A DNA stretch of 64,000 nt from Acidobacteriota bacterium (lineage in GTDB: Bacteria; Acidobacteriota; Vicinamibacteria; Vicinamibacterales; SCN-69-37). Below the pieces are notes generated by a model that was not told the DNA's origin, did not search any database, and was given only the letters and a program-made list of their open reading frames with translations. Positions 9,154 to 18,595 of the stretch are shown here, one piece after another. Made by a program: the position numbers and the translations under genes. Each line of letters opens with the position of its first letter. Positions within the stretch are counted from its first letter, which is position 1. The DNA lies in contig JABMNV010000189.1 in the NCBI GenBank assembly GCA_013203475.1, positions 19,217 to 83,216 of the forward strand, in the 5' to 3' direction.

Positions 9154-9546
9154 ATGACACGTCGACTGTCGACCATCGTCGCCATCGCAGTTGTAGGAAT
9201 CTCGACCTTGCCGTCTCAGGCGGACGCGCAGAATTCGGCGCCGATTCAGCCTTTACCCCTGACGCTTCTTCCCCCGCATACGCGCCAACCGACCGTGCAC
9301 TTTGGTTTGGCGGAGGCACTTAAGACCCTGCCGGCGACTCAGCGGCTCCTCGTCAAGCCGAAACTCAAACACGAAATCCCGTTTGGGCTGACAGGCCAGA
9401 CGGTCGTGGCGCCCGGACCCATCGATTGCGAACTGATCAAACCGCTCAAGCACGAGCGCCTTCTCAAGATTCGAACGATCACGCCACCCTTAGCGACGAA
9501 GCATACGCTCCGGACGATTCCGATACCGCCCTGCCCGTCTCGGTAG
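9154..9546 (+). CDS. Hypothetical exported protein
   Basis: ATG at 9154 is preceded by GGAAGGAG (9141-9148). Signal-peptide-like MTRRLSTIVAIAVVGISTLPSQADA. No recognisable domain. Confidence 0.5.
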   Translation: MTRRLSTIVAIAVVGISTLPSQADAQNSAPIQPLPLTLLPPHTRQPTVHFGLAEALKTLPATQRLLVKPKLKHEIPFGLTGQTVVAPGPIDCELIKPLKHERLLKIRTITPPLATKHTLRTIPIPPCPSR

Positions 9547-9565
9547 GTCTGGTGCGCGACCTCCG

Positions 9566-9990
9566 CTAGACCACCACGACGGTGGCGGCCGCTTTGTCGT
9601 GCCAGCCCTGTCGGCGGTCGTCCCAGGTGAGCGAGACGTACGTGAGCAATGTGCCGATCCATCCGATAAAGGGAATCAGGCCGAGCAGCATCGGTAGCGC
9701 CCAGCGGCCGGCTGACTTGCCCCACCCTGGCAACTCCCCATTGTCGGCCCGCGTTACGTGAATTCCCATCGCCATCTTGCCGAGGGTCTGCCCTTTGATG
9801 GCGATCAAGGTGACTTCGTAGGCAATCGACAGGATGACGATCGTGAAGAACGTGGCCACAAACGCACTGACCATCGCCGCCAATCCCAAGTCAGTGCCGG
9901 TCGCTCCGGCCGCGAAGCCGCTACCAAAGCCGAGCATGGCAACCATCATCGATCCGGCCGACAGGATCGCCCAATCAATGATTCTGGCTA
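9566..9990 (-). pseudogene. RDD-family membrane protein, 5' end interrupted by IS630
   Basis: The frame stays open upstream of the listed ATG (9949) as LARIIDWAILSAGS (RDD-type R..D motif), right up to the IS boundary at 9990/9991. C-terminus GWHDKAAATVVV is typical of the family. Confidence 0.65.
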
Positions 9991-11149
9991 GTGTAGTGCG
10001 GCAAACAGATCACCGTTTATCGAGCACGATGCGCGCGCGGGCGACCTTGGCCAGGATGTCGGAGGCCGTGGCGGTCCAGATGAACGGCTTGGGCTGTTGG
10101 TTGTGACGGTCGATATAGGTGCCGATCGCCGTGGTGAGTTCCTCGACGTCGTGAGACACGCCGCGGCGGAGCTGGTGTTGCGTCAAGTCCCGAAAGAACC
10201 GTTCGACCATGTTGAGCCACGAACTCCTGGTGGGCGTGAAATACACATGGAAGCGCGGATGTCGTTTGAGCCACCGTTGGACCTTCGGGTGCTTGTGCGT
10301 CGCGTCGTTATCGACGATGAGGTACAGGGCCTTGTCCGGTGGCGTCGCGTCATCGATGACGCGCAGGAACTTGAGCCACTCCTGATGGCGGTGCCGGTCG
10401 TCGCGCATGCTGATGACGGTGCCGTCCAGGGTATTGAGGGCCGCGAACAAGGTCGCGGTGCCATTCCGCTTGTAGTCATGGGTGACGGTGCTGCAGCGGT
10501 CACGCGTCAGCGGGAGGCTGGGCTGCGTCCGGTCGAGGGCTTGAATCTGGCTCTTCTCGTCGACGCACAACACCAGCGCATGCGCCGGCGGATCGAGATA
10601 CAAGCCGACGATCGCCTCCAATTTCTCGGCCAACGCGGGGTCACGGCTCAGCTTAAACGTGCGCGTGAAGTGTGGCTTCAGGCCATGCTGCTGCCAGATC
10701 CGTCGCACGGTGCGTTCACTGTGGCCCGAGGCCGCGGCCATGGTGCGCGTACTCCAATGCAGGGGGGGGCTCCTGCGTCGTCAGGTGGACCACGCGGCGC
10801 ACGTCGGCCGCCGTGATCGTGCGCGGGCGGCCGGGCCGCGGCGCATCGTGCTCGAGCGCGGCCACCCCCCGGTCAGAAACCGCGGCCGCCACCGCGCGAC
10901 TTTCTCGGGGGTGACCCGCATCTGCGCCGCGATCTCCCGATTCTGCCACCCGGCGGCCGCCAACAGCACAATCTGGGCCCGTTCCACGCTCCGCGCCGAG
11001 GCTCGGCGCGCGCGGCCCCGCGCCTCCAACACCTCGCGCTGCTCGTCACTCAACGCGACGAGTGGGGCTACGCGCATCGTCTCTCCATCATCATGCTTAG
11101 GGAGTACGACGCACACCCGATACTCGTTACGACTTCAGGCGCAGTACAC
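9991..11149 (-). mobile_element. IS630-family insertion sequence (1159 bp) with TA target duplication
   Basis: Imperfect terminal IRs: GTGTAGTGCGGC (9991-) versus the reverse complement of the right end, GTGTACTGCGCC (-11149). Flanking TA at 9989-9990 and 11150-11151. A DDE transposase lies inside. Confidence 0.85.
10010..11116 (-). pseudogene. IS630 transposase, split into three frames by two homopolymer tracts
   Basis: HTH part MRVAPLVALSDEQREVLE...VTPEKVARWR (10781..11116), middle [34 protein letters not shown] in a shifted frame, and DDE part [30 protein letters not shown]... (10010..10741). The shifts occur at C6 (10865-10870) and G8 (10762-10769). Confidence 0.8.
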
Positions 11150-11310
11150 TAGCAGGGCTTGCTGGGCGACACCAGTGTGCGCACCTGCCCATTGCCCAGC
11201 GTGGCCTGGCCGGTCATCGCAGCGGGAGCCGATGTATTTTCATTCATGGGCCGGAAGGGTAGCGCGTGCGGTGCTGGATCGGCAACTTCGACTGTGGCCG
11301 ATCACTGCTG

Positions 11311-12957
11311 CTACCTGATTGCCAAGACCAGCAGGTTGCCGTCAGTCACTTCTTGCACCAGGCTCGGTGATGCCGCAATCTCCGCCCGCACCTGCTCGGA
11401 CATGTTGCGGCTGTCCACCAGCGCGTGGGTCACACCGACTGCCTTTAGATAGTCAATGGACGCCGCGGAGGGAAAGTCGCGAAGCGCACGGTCGTGCTTC
11501 ACCGTTGATGCCGGCATGAAGCCCGAATACCCGTTCAGCATCGGCTTGAAGTGGGCCGTGGACTGCAACATATAGCGCGCGTTCAACATGTGCTCGCCGC
11601 CGGGTGAGTAGAACGGAAAGATCACAATCGCCTTGACGTCGTCTCGATTGAGCGTCGCAAAGATTGGCGCCACCTCGGTAAACGCATTGCATCGCCCGGT
11701 GGGAGTGCCGCAGTAACCGATGGGCGCGCGCCAGCCTTCCGCGTTGACGGCGACGATGGCGACGATGCCGACAACGAGGGCGGCCTGACGGCGCAGCCGC
11801 GTCGTCAGCCACGCCAAACCAAAGCCCGCCAGAATCGCGATGGCCGCCAACGCCATCTGACCGAACCGTGCGGCACCGCGAATGGCTTGAAGCGGTGGGA
11901 ACGCGTCGTACAGGAATGAGTAGAGAGGGAACGCAGGCCCGAAGGACAACGCGAACGACACCAGACCAAACCCGAGCGCCATTCTGGCGCGTCTGTCACG
12001 AACGGCCGTGAACGACCCCACCGCGACCAGGGTCAACGCCAGCGCCGTGAATCCTGGGAACAGATAGTCGGCAGACGCGTAGCCGGCGCTCCAGCCGATC
12101 GTCTGCAGATGGAGTGTGCCGGCGGCGGCGAGATAGTTCGCCCAGTGCGCCGAATACCGCGCCACTTCCGGCAGCGCGCGCGTGAACCCCTCCTGTTCAA
12201 TACTCGCCTGGTAGTACGGCAGCAAGAACGGCGTCAGCAAGACCAGCGCGACCCCCGAGGCGAGCCCGGCATTCTTGAAGAATGCTCGTCGGTTCTCACG
12301 GAGCCACTCGCGCGGACGCACAGCCACAGCCGCGACGACCGCGATCGCCGTGAACACCATGAAATAGACCGACGTCAACGCCTGAAGCACAAACGACCCT
12401 GCCAATATCAACGCCGCCCTTGCACGCGGCCGCGAGAGCAGTTGGTCGAGCGCGAGCAGCACGATCGGGAAAAACTCGAGATGCTGCGCCTGAATGTGCA
12501 CCAGGCGCGTGAGCGTATTCGCGTTGAACGCGATCAGACAGCCGCTCGTGATCGCCGCGGTCCACACGCCGGTCCATCGGTGAACGACCAGCGTCGTGGT
12601 CCAACCCGTCAGCGTGAGCCCAACCAGAAGAATGATATTGAACGCCGTCACAGGCGACGCGCCGGCCCAGTAGAGTGGCATCGCCATAACGCCCTGGACG
12701 AAGAGGTGTTCCGAGAATGCCAGTGTCCGCGGTTCGGGATAGAAGATCGGCGCGTCAAAGAGGTGCACCGGATCTCTGACCACCTGGTGCGCAACCCACG
12801 CCATCGTCCACTCGTTGAGCTGCGCGTCCATGTTGTCGTGGCGCGAGTACTCTCCCGGCGCAGCAGCGAGTGGCCACGTGTGCGCGACGGCGAGCACCGC
12901 GAACAGCGCGAGCGCCAGCCCACGCTGACGCCACTCCGACAAGAACACCCGAGTCAT
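11311..12957 (-). CDS. Polytopic membrane protein, putative GT-C-type glycosyltransferase (uncharacterised family)
   Basis: Start chosen at ATG 12957 (MTRVFLSEW...), which overlaps the upstream stop (ATGA, 12954-12957). About 12 TM helices. Conserved N-terminal loop DNMDAQLNEWTMAWVAHQV...FDAPIFYPEP and a soluble C-terminal domain. Confidence 0.65.
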   Translation of the reverse strand: MTRVFLSEWRQRGLALALFAVLAVAHTWPLAAAPGEYSRHDNMDAQLNEWTMAWVAHQVVRDPVHLFDAPIFYPEPRTLAFSEHLFVQGVMAMPLYWAGASPVTAFNIILLVGLTLTGWTTTLVVHRWTGVWTAAITSGCLIAFNANTLTRLVHIQAQHLEFFPIVLLALDQLLSRPRARAALILAGSFVLQALTSVYFMVFTAIAVVAAVAVRPREWLRENRRAFFKNAGLASGVALVLLTPFLLPYYQASIEQEGFTRALPEVARYSAHWANYLAAAGTLHLQTIGWSAGYASADYLFPGFTALALTLVAVGSFTAVRDRRARMALGFGLVSFALSFGPAFPLYSFLYDAFPPLQAIRGAARFGQMALAAIAILAGFGLAWLTTRLRRQAALVVGIVAIVAVNAEGWRAPIGYCGTPTGRCNAFTEVAPIFATLNRDDVKAIVIFPFYSPGGEHMLNARYMLQSTAHFKPMLNGYSGFMPASTVKHDRALRDFPSAASIDYLKAVGVTHALVDSRNMSEQVRAEIAASPSLVQEVTDGNLLVLAIR

Positions 12958-15611
12958 CGGCCTCCGCTTGGTCCTGGTTCCGCTGCTTGTGGGGTTAGGC
13001 GAATCTGCCTGACCGCCAGGCCGAGAAGCCGTGTGTCGCTGCTGCCATCGAAGTCCGCCGGGCGCGCACGATCCGAGACACCGAGCCAGACCCGGTTCAT
13101 CCCGGCGCGCCAGCTCTCTGCCGGCACCTCCCAACGGTACTCACGCTGGGCTGCGTCCATCACCACTGGAGCGAACACGGTCTCGTTTACCTGCAGTGTC
13201 AACGTCGTGCCCTGCCCCGCGATGGGCCGCGCGGCTATCGCAACGGTGATTCTCTCAGCCCGATCCAGCGGCAGCAGGAGTTCGGCACGAGGCGCCCGTG
13301 TCCATCGAAATCTGCTGCCGCCCCCGCGTTCCACCTCAGCCCACCCGAACACGAACAGGTCATGGCGTCCGAGGTCGACATCAGGATCCACAGGGGAGCT
13401 CATCGCCGAACAGAGCGTCAGCGGCGTTGCGGTGGGGCCGCCGCCAGCACGCGCGAGCGCGAGCGTGGGAAACCCGCCCAACTCGAGGGCGATCTGTTGG
13501 CGACCTGTTTGAGCGGCGTCAGCGTGAATCCGATAGACGTACGGCTGGCCCTCGATTTCGGGCGCTCGTGTGTCAAGGCCGTCGACCCGAAGAAGATCAC
13601 GCAAGGCTGAGAGGCGTGTTTCGGACGCGGTAGCAAAAGCCGTCACGTCGAGGGTTGCTGTCGTCGGGCGTCGCAGGCGAGTGGCCCGTGGGGTCAGGGG
13701 ATGATCGGCTGCCACATACACCGTCAGGTCCTGGCCCGGATCGGTCAGTGTTCCGAGTGACGCGCGCCCGGCGATGTCTGACACGTCGGTCCAGAGTCCG
13801 GGTTGTGTGTCGACGCAGGGTTCGCGGCCGGTCACCAGGCCCGGCAGCAGCGTGGTCGGGTTCACAGTAATCCCGCGGTTCTGACTCAAATCCGCATCAT
13901 AGGCCGCCGCGAACGTGCCCGACGGTGAGATGACGGCTAAGGCGATTCCGTGCTCCGAGTACGCCACCTGATCGCCGAGATACTCGACGATGGTGGCCTC
14001 GCCGAGGCTACGGGCCCTGAGCGCCCCTGGGGAACGAACGAAAGGCGTGATCGACTCGGCCCCGCGAACGCTGACTTCGACCTCGCCCGCCTCGCTGCGC
14101 TCGAGTAGCGCCTGATCGCTGCCCTTGACCCCGATCAGGCTGTAGTGCCATCGCGACTTGCCGAATAGATCCTGCGTGCCTCCAATGGCACCAAACGTCG
14201 GGCCCTCATTAGGGGGGATCCTCCGGAAGAATTCGTGGCCGGCGGCGACGGCCACGAGCCAGCCGTCCGGCACGGTCTCAAGGAACTCACGGACCGTCAT
14301 CAGCACACCGGACGAGTCGATCGTCTCGAACCTGAAGCCCAGCGCGCGCAGATTCTCCCGCGCATTGGCGAACCCCACGACCGGTCTGGACTCCAGGAGT
14401 GCTTGGGTTACGGCCAGGGGAGTCTGTGGGATCCGCCCAAAGGCCGCTTCGGGCTGTCGGCGTGCGTGCTCGGCAAGACGACGACCGAGCAGACCACCCT
14501 CCGCCAGAACGACGGCGCCGGGCGGCACTACGGCTTCAAGTTGATCGAGGTACTGATCGGTGAAGAGCGTGGCGCCTCGCGCCCCTGCGCCGATGTCAAA
14601 GTGCGCGGTCAGGCTCATCGCCGGCAGCAGTACGATCAGGGCCGCGACTCCAAGCCGGGCCGATTTTGTCTCAACAAGGGTGCCCGCCCACTGCATGCCG
14701 ACACCGACCAGCAGCCACAGCGGCGCAAAAGCCAACAACAATGAGTTCTGCCACGCGGGCGCGCCCCAGACCAGGGCCCACGCTCCTACGCCGGCGGCGC
14801 CGCCGACGAGCAGCACGAATCGATCGAACCGCGCGGCCAACCGGACGCACCCGATCGCCAGCAAGGCGACGCCCAGGATGCCAAAGTCGCCCACGACCAT
14901 TCCGGCGACCTCACCCACCCGCGCGCCAATCGTTCCGAGGGCATCCGGCGCGAACCAGTCGACTGGTGAGGTTCCGCTTCCCATGGTCCACCAGAGTCCA
15001 GCCGCTCCCACAGCCGCACCGGTGGTCATCGCCGCCAAGGCTACGATGCTGGGGGCGACCATCCACATCACCGCCGGCAGCGCACCGAGCGCGGCTGGAT
15101 GACCAACGACCGCAAGCGCGTAGGCCACCGCTGCCACGATCAGTGGGAGCGTTCGACGGGAGTCGCGCCACACCAACAATCCACCCGTTGTTCCCAGGAA
15201 GAAGAGCACGGCCGTGACCACCGGCTCGTCGGCCGATATCCGGCCCCAGATTGAGGCGCTCGATGACAATGCCAGCGCCGCGGCTGTCGCCGCCAACAGG
15301 TTGCATCCAAGATGTCGCAGCAGTGCAAAGGTCAGCAGCGTGGCCGCCGCTCCTGCGAGCCAGGTTGGGGCCCATGCGACCACATGGCCGACCGTTGGCC
15401 AGACGAGCTGGAGGTTGGCTGGATCGACCGGAGAGATGCCGGCATCGGTTCCAAACAGCGGATACCAGATGGCATCGGGCGTGGCGGCGAGGCTCACGAC
15501 AAGAGTTACTACCGCGATCAGCCCCATGGCCAGGGCGGCCAGCCAACGTCGGCGTGTCTCAGTGGAAGTGGATGGCAGTGAGGGGAGCCGGGGCATGTTC
15601 AGAAGGGCCAT
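12954..15611 (-). CDS. Large membrane protein: N-terminal multi-TM GT-C-like module plus a ~480-aa soluble C-terminal region
   Basis: Start chosen at ATG 15611 (MALLNMPRLPS...). The longer 15716 start would overlap the divergent gene. About 11 TM helices, then a non-membrane region with no motif I recognise. Confidence 0.65.
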   Translation of the reverse strand: MALLNMPRLPSLPSTSTETRRRWLAALAMGLIAVVTLVVSLAATPDAIWYPLFGTDAGISPVDPANLQLVWPTVGHVVAWAPTWLAGAAATLLTFALLRHLGCNLLAATAAALALSSSASIWGRISADEPVVTAVLFFLGTTGGLLVWRDSRRTLPLIVAAVAYALAVVGHPAALGALPAVMWMVAPSIVALAAMTTGAAVGAAGLWWTMGSGTSPVDWFAPDALGTIGARVGEVAGMVVGDFGILGVALLAIGCVRLAARFDRFVLLVGGAAGVGAWALVWGAPAWQNSLLLAFAPLWLLVGVGMQWAGTLVETKSARLGVAALIVLLPAMSLTAHFDIGAGARGATLFTDQYLDQLEAVVPPGAVVLAEGGLLGRRLAEHARRQPEAAFGRIPQTPLAVTQALLESRPVVGFANARENLRALGFRFETIDSSGVLMTVREFLETVPDGWLVAVAAGHEFFRRIPPNEGPTFGAIGGTQDLFGKSRWHYSLIGVKGSDQALLERSEAGEVEVSVRGAESITPFVRSPGALRARSLGEATIVEYLGDQVAYSEHGIALAVISPSGTFAAAYDADLSQNRGITVNPTTLLPGLVTGREPCVDTQPGLWTDVSDIAGRASLGTLTDPGQDLTVYVAADHPLTPRATRLRRPTTATLDVTAFATASETRLSALRDLLRVDGLDTRAPEIEGQPYVYRIHADAAQTGRQQIALELGGFPTLALARAGGGPTATPLTLCSAMSSPVDPDVDLGRHDLFVFGWAEVERGGGSRFRWTRAPRAELLLPLDRAERITVAIAARPIAGQGTTLTLQVNETVFAPVVMDAAQREYRWEVPAESWRAGMNRVWLGVSDRARPADFDGSSDTRLLGLAVRQIRLTPQAAEPGPSGGR

Positions 15612-15655
15612 AGTATAGTCTCGTCGGCGACGGCTCCTTCGTTGCTCCCCATCAA

Positions 15656-17197
15656 ATGGCTGACGGTTCGAGTCTCCTCCCCGCCGCAGAATCGGCGCTC
15701 TCGCGTTCCTACTCACGCGAACGCGTAGCCGTGATGACGTTGCTAATCGCGCTGACCGTGGCCAGAAGTGCCGTCTTTGTGGTCTTCGAAGGCTCGAATT
15801 TCGACTCCGATCAGGCGCTGCTCGGCCTCATGTCCAAGCACCTCATCGAGGGGCGGGCATTTCCGGTCTTCACGTATCTTCAGCCGTACATGCTGGGGGT
15901 TGAGGCGTGGATGGCGGTGCCCTTCATGCTGGTCGGCGGCATCACCGTGCCGATGCTCAAGTTGCCGCTGGCGTTGATGAATGTGGCTGTGACCGTTGTG
16001 CTGTTCAGGGCGTTGGAGCGATCGGGTGGATTGCGACCTCTGTTGGCCGCCGTCCCGGCACTGTTCTTCGCGCTGGCGTCGCCAGGCACGTCGACGCTGT
16101 TTCTTGAGACCAGCGGCGGCAATGTCGCCCCGCTCCTGATGGTTGTGCTCCTGTGGATGGCGCGCCGCAAACCGCTGATATTCGGTGCGCTTCTGGCCTT
16201 CGGCGTGCTCCAGCGGGAGTTCGCCATTTATGGCTTTGGCGCGTTTGTAGCGCTTCGATTGCTCGACGGCTCATTCAGGCGCGCCGAGAATTGGCGTCCA
16301 GTCGCGCTCGGTGCCTTGTCCTTTGGAGCGGTGTGGCAGGCCGTCTACCTCGCCAAACAATTCTCCAGTATCGACGGGCCGGGCACGTATGCGGGCTGGT
16401 CCCTCGCCGGCGCCGGCGCCAACGTGTCAGCCCTGCTCAACCGCGTCTGCATCGATACCAACCAACTCGTCTACGGCGTGCAGGCCGTGTTCACCAGCCA
16501 CTTTGGCACGCTCATGGGAGCCAACCCGCGGCCATTGACTGACTTTGGCATCAACAGCCTGCTTTCTCAGGGCGTCTGGTGGATGTGGCCCCTTGTGGGA
16601 GGCAGTTTTGTTCTCATGCTCGGTCGCCTTGCCTGGCTGATGTCCCGTCGGGCCATTCGGCCGTGGGACCCTGCCGTGGAGTTCGCAACGTACCTCTTCC
16701 TGGTCGGTCTGCAGTCCCTCATCGTCTATGCGCTGCTCCGCTGCGGCGTCATTGCTGTGGGAACGATGCGCTACGCGCTTCTCGGACTGTTCGTGGGCGT
16801 GGGAATTGTCACGGCGTTCCTCAAGCTCGAACCGGTGAAGCTGCTGCGCGGTGCTGCGGTCGGCGTGGTCCTCGTGTGGGCGACATTCACGGCGAGCGAC
16901 CACGCGCGACTGGCCTGGCAGTACACGTTTGACCAGCCCGTGAACGGCCGACGGTTGCTGGCCGACCGACTGATCAAAGAAGGCATCAAGTTCGCCTACG
17001 CCGACTTCTGGGACTCACTCAGCATCGTCTATCTGACCAACGAACAGGTCATTGTGGCGTCGACCACCGTCGTGTTCCTTGAGGAATACCAGTGGCTGGT
17101 GGCCGCACGCTCGGAAGAGGCCGTGTGGATCAAGCGAGAACCCTGCCCCGACGGCATTACCGTCGTCGAGGGGCTCTATATCTGCCCGTCGTCTTGA
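15656..17197 (+). CDS. Polytopic membrane protein, GT-C-like (uncharacterised)
   Basis: 513-aa ORF, with an alternative start at 15734 (MTLLIALTV...). More than 10 TM helices and a short soluble C-terminus. Divergent from 12954..15611. Confidence 0.6.
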   Translation: MADGSSLLPAAESALSRSYSRERVAVMTLLIALTVARSAVFVVFEGSNFDSDQALLGLMSKHLIEGRAFPVFTYLQPYMLGVEAWMAVPFMLVGGITVPMLKLPLALMNVAVTVVLFRALERSGGLRPLLAAVPALFFALASPGTSTLFLETSGGNVAPLLMVVLLWMARRKPLIFGALLAFGVLQREFAIYGFGAFVALRLLDGSFRRAENWRPVALGALSFGAVWQAVYLAKQFSSIDGPGTYAGWSLAGAGANVSALLNRVCIDTNQLVYGVQAVFTSHFGTLMGANPRPLTDFGINSLLSQGVWWMWPLVGGSFVLMLGRLAWLMSRRAIRPWDPAVEFATYLFLVGLQSLIVYALLRCGVIAVGTMRYALLGLFVGVGIVTAFLKLEPVKLLRGAAVGVVLVWATFTASDHARLAWQYTFDQPVNGRRLLADRLIKEGIKFAYADFWDSLSIVYLTNEQVIVASTTVVFLEEYQWLVAARSEEAVWIKREPCPDGITVVEGLYICPSS

Positions 17198-17344
17198 CAC
17201 CGCGATCTCTGTGCTTCGGCGAACGGGTGAACTGCTCGACTTGTTCACCGAGCTGTGGGACCACCCGCTTGAACCGCCTGGTCGCACTGGGGCTCACGGC
17301 CGCCCATTTAAGCCTGATCGGCGTGATGTTGTAGGATCCGGCCT

Positions 17345-17818
17345 ATGACCATCAAACCCATTGCCCTCGCTTCAGTCGTCGTCGTTGCATTTGCCGCCGG
17401 AGCGGCCGTGAGCCTGACCACCCCTCTGACGGCGCAGTCGGGGCGGAGCTATTTCACACCGCGCAGTCCGGGCGACCCGGCCGTGACGCCCTTCAGTGGC
17501 GCCGTGCTCGCCGGAGGCACGTTGTACCTGTCAGGCACGTTGGGCCTGGGGCCGAACCGCACTGTGCCAGCGACTGCGGAAGAAGAAGCCACGAACGTGC
17601 TCAACGCGATTCAGGCCCAGCTCAAGGAAGCGGGGATGACGATGGACGACCTCGTGACCATCCAGGTGTTCTCGCCGAACGCGACCAACTACGATGCGTT
17701 CAATAGCGTGTATCGAGGGTATTTCACCAAGGAGTTCCCGGCGCGCGCGTTTGTGGGATCCGGCACGCTGTTGTTCGGAGCACGGTTCGAAGTGTTGGGT
17801 ATCGCGGTCAAGCGATAG
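17345..17818 (+). CDS. RidA/YjgF-family protein with an N-terminal signal or anchor sequence
   Basis: LYLSGTLGL...EEEATNVLNAIQAQLKEAGMTMDDLVTIQVF...FPARAFVGSGTLLFGARFEVLGIAVK matches the RidA fold signature. The N-terminal 28 aa are hydrophobic. Confidence 0.8.
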   Translation: MTIKPIALASVVVVAFAAGAAVSLTTPLTAQSGRSYFTPRSPGDPAVTPFSGAVLAGGTLYLSGTLGLGPNRTVPATAEEEATNVLNAIQAQLKEAGMTMDDLVTIQVFSPNATNYDAFNSVYRGYFTKEFPARAFVGSGTLLFGARFEVLGIAVKR

Positions 17819-17933
17819 TGGTAATGCGAAACGCGTTCCGTGCGCTCGTCTTTGGCCTGACCGGACGATGACGGCAGCGGTGTGCCAGGCAAGGCACTGA
17901 CCGCCCATCCGTCAGAGTCATCCTAGGGTGAGG

Positions 17934-18014
17934 TTCAGTCCTTTATGCGTGCGGCGGCACGCGCTAGGGCGGCGTCGAGCGTCACCAGTTCTGCGTCGTG
18001 GACCAGCGCCAACC
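17934..18014 (-). pseudogene. Possible PIN-domain (VapC-like) C-terminal remnant
   Basis: The frame immediately after the mazF stop reads WLALVHDAELVTLDAALARAAARIKD*, resembling VapC C-termini (A..h.a.LvT.D..f). It is only 26 aa, so this is tentative. Confidence 0.35.
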
Positions 18015-18016
18015 AC

Positions 18017-18352
18017 CTATCCGACCAACTCAAAAAGCCCTTCAAGCACCTCGATGAGTTCCTCGTCCGAGACTCGGCCCAGGCGGCGACCGATGCGCAC
18101 GGTCGAGAGCGTTCGCACTTGGCCGATTTTCACCCACGACCGTTTTGGGAGCTTGGCCGCTCGCAGTTCCAGGGTCAACGGAAACTGCGCCCGAGGTTTT
18201 TGGCTTGTCAGAGCAACGGCAATCACTGTGCCCGATCGCTCGTTGAAGACATCATGGCTTAGCACCAAGACCGGCCGTGCGCCTGCCTGCTCGTGCCCGC
18301 GCACCGGGTTCAGGTCGGCCCAACGGACCTCACCTCTCAGTATTCGGGCCAT
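18017..18352 (-). CDS. mazF: MazF/PemK-family toxin endoribonuclease
   Basis: MARILRGEVRWADLNPVRGHEQAGARPVLVLSHDVFNERSGTVIAVALTSQ...KIGQVRTLS is canonical PemK/MazF. Confidence 0.9.
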   Translation of the reverse strand: MARILRGEVRWADLNPVRGHEQAGARPVLVLSHDVFNERSGTVIAVALTSQKPRAQFPLTLELRAAKLPKRSWVKIGQVRTLSTVRIGRRLGRVSDEELIEVLEGLFELVG

Positions 18353-18576
18353 GCGGTCTCGGATCCGAACGGCTCATCGGCGAGCTGACGCTCTTCGGCC
18401 GGATCGAGTTTGGCGCATTCTTCGGCCAAGCGCGTGCGGGCCAGCCGAGCGAGTTTCTCAGCCAGTGCCGTCTCGATCGCTTGGCTGCGGTTGCGGAATC
18501 GGGCGCGCGCGACAAGGTCGTCAACTCGGTCCAACAAGGTCGAGTCGAGAGTCAGAGCAACTTTGGTCTTCGGCAT
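18337..18576 (-). CDS. mazE: Ribbon-helix-helix (CopG/MazE-type) antitoxin
   Basis: ATG at 18576 (MPKTKVALTLDSTLLDRVDDLVARARFRNRSQAIETALAE...). Overlaps the mazF start by 16 nt. Confidence 0.75.
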   Translation of the reverse strand: MPKTKVALTLDSTLLDRVDDLVARARFRNRSQAIETALAEKLARLARTRLAEECAKLDPAEERQLADEPFGSETAWPEY

Positions 18577-18595
18577 AACGGTATGACAAATCATA

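Noticed and set aside
12109-13512. 467-aa plus-strand ORF, extremely Arg/Pro/Glu-rich
   Set aside because: Antisense shadow of the two GT-C-like membrane protein genes. This is typical of high-GC third-position bias.
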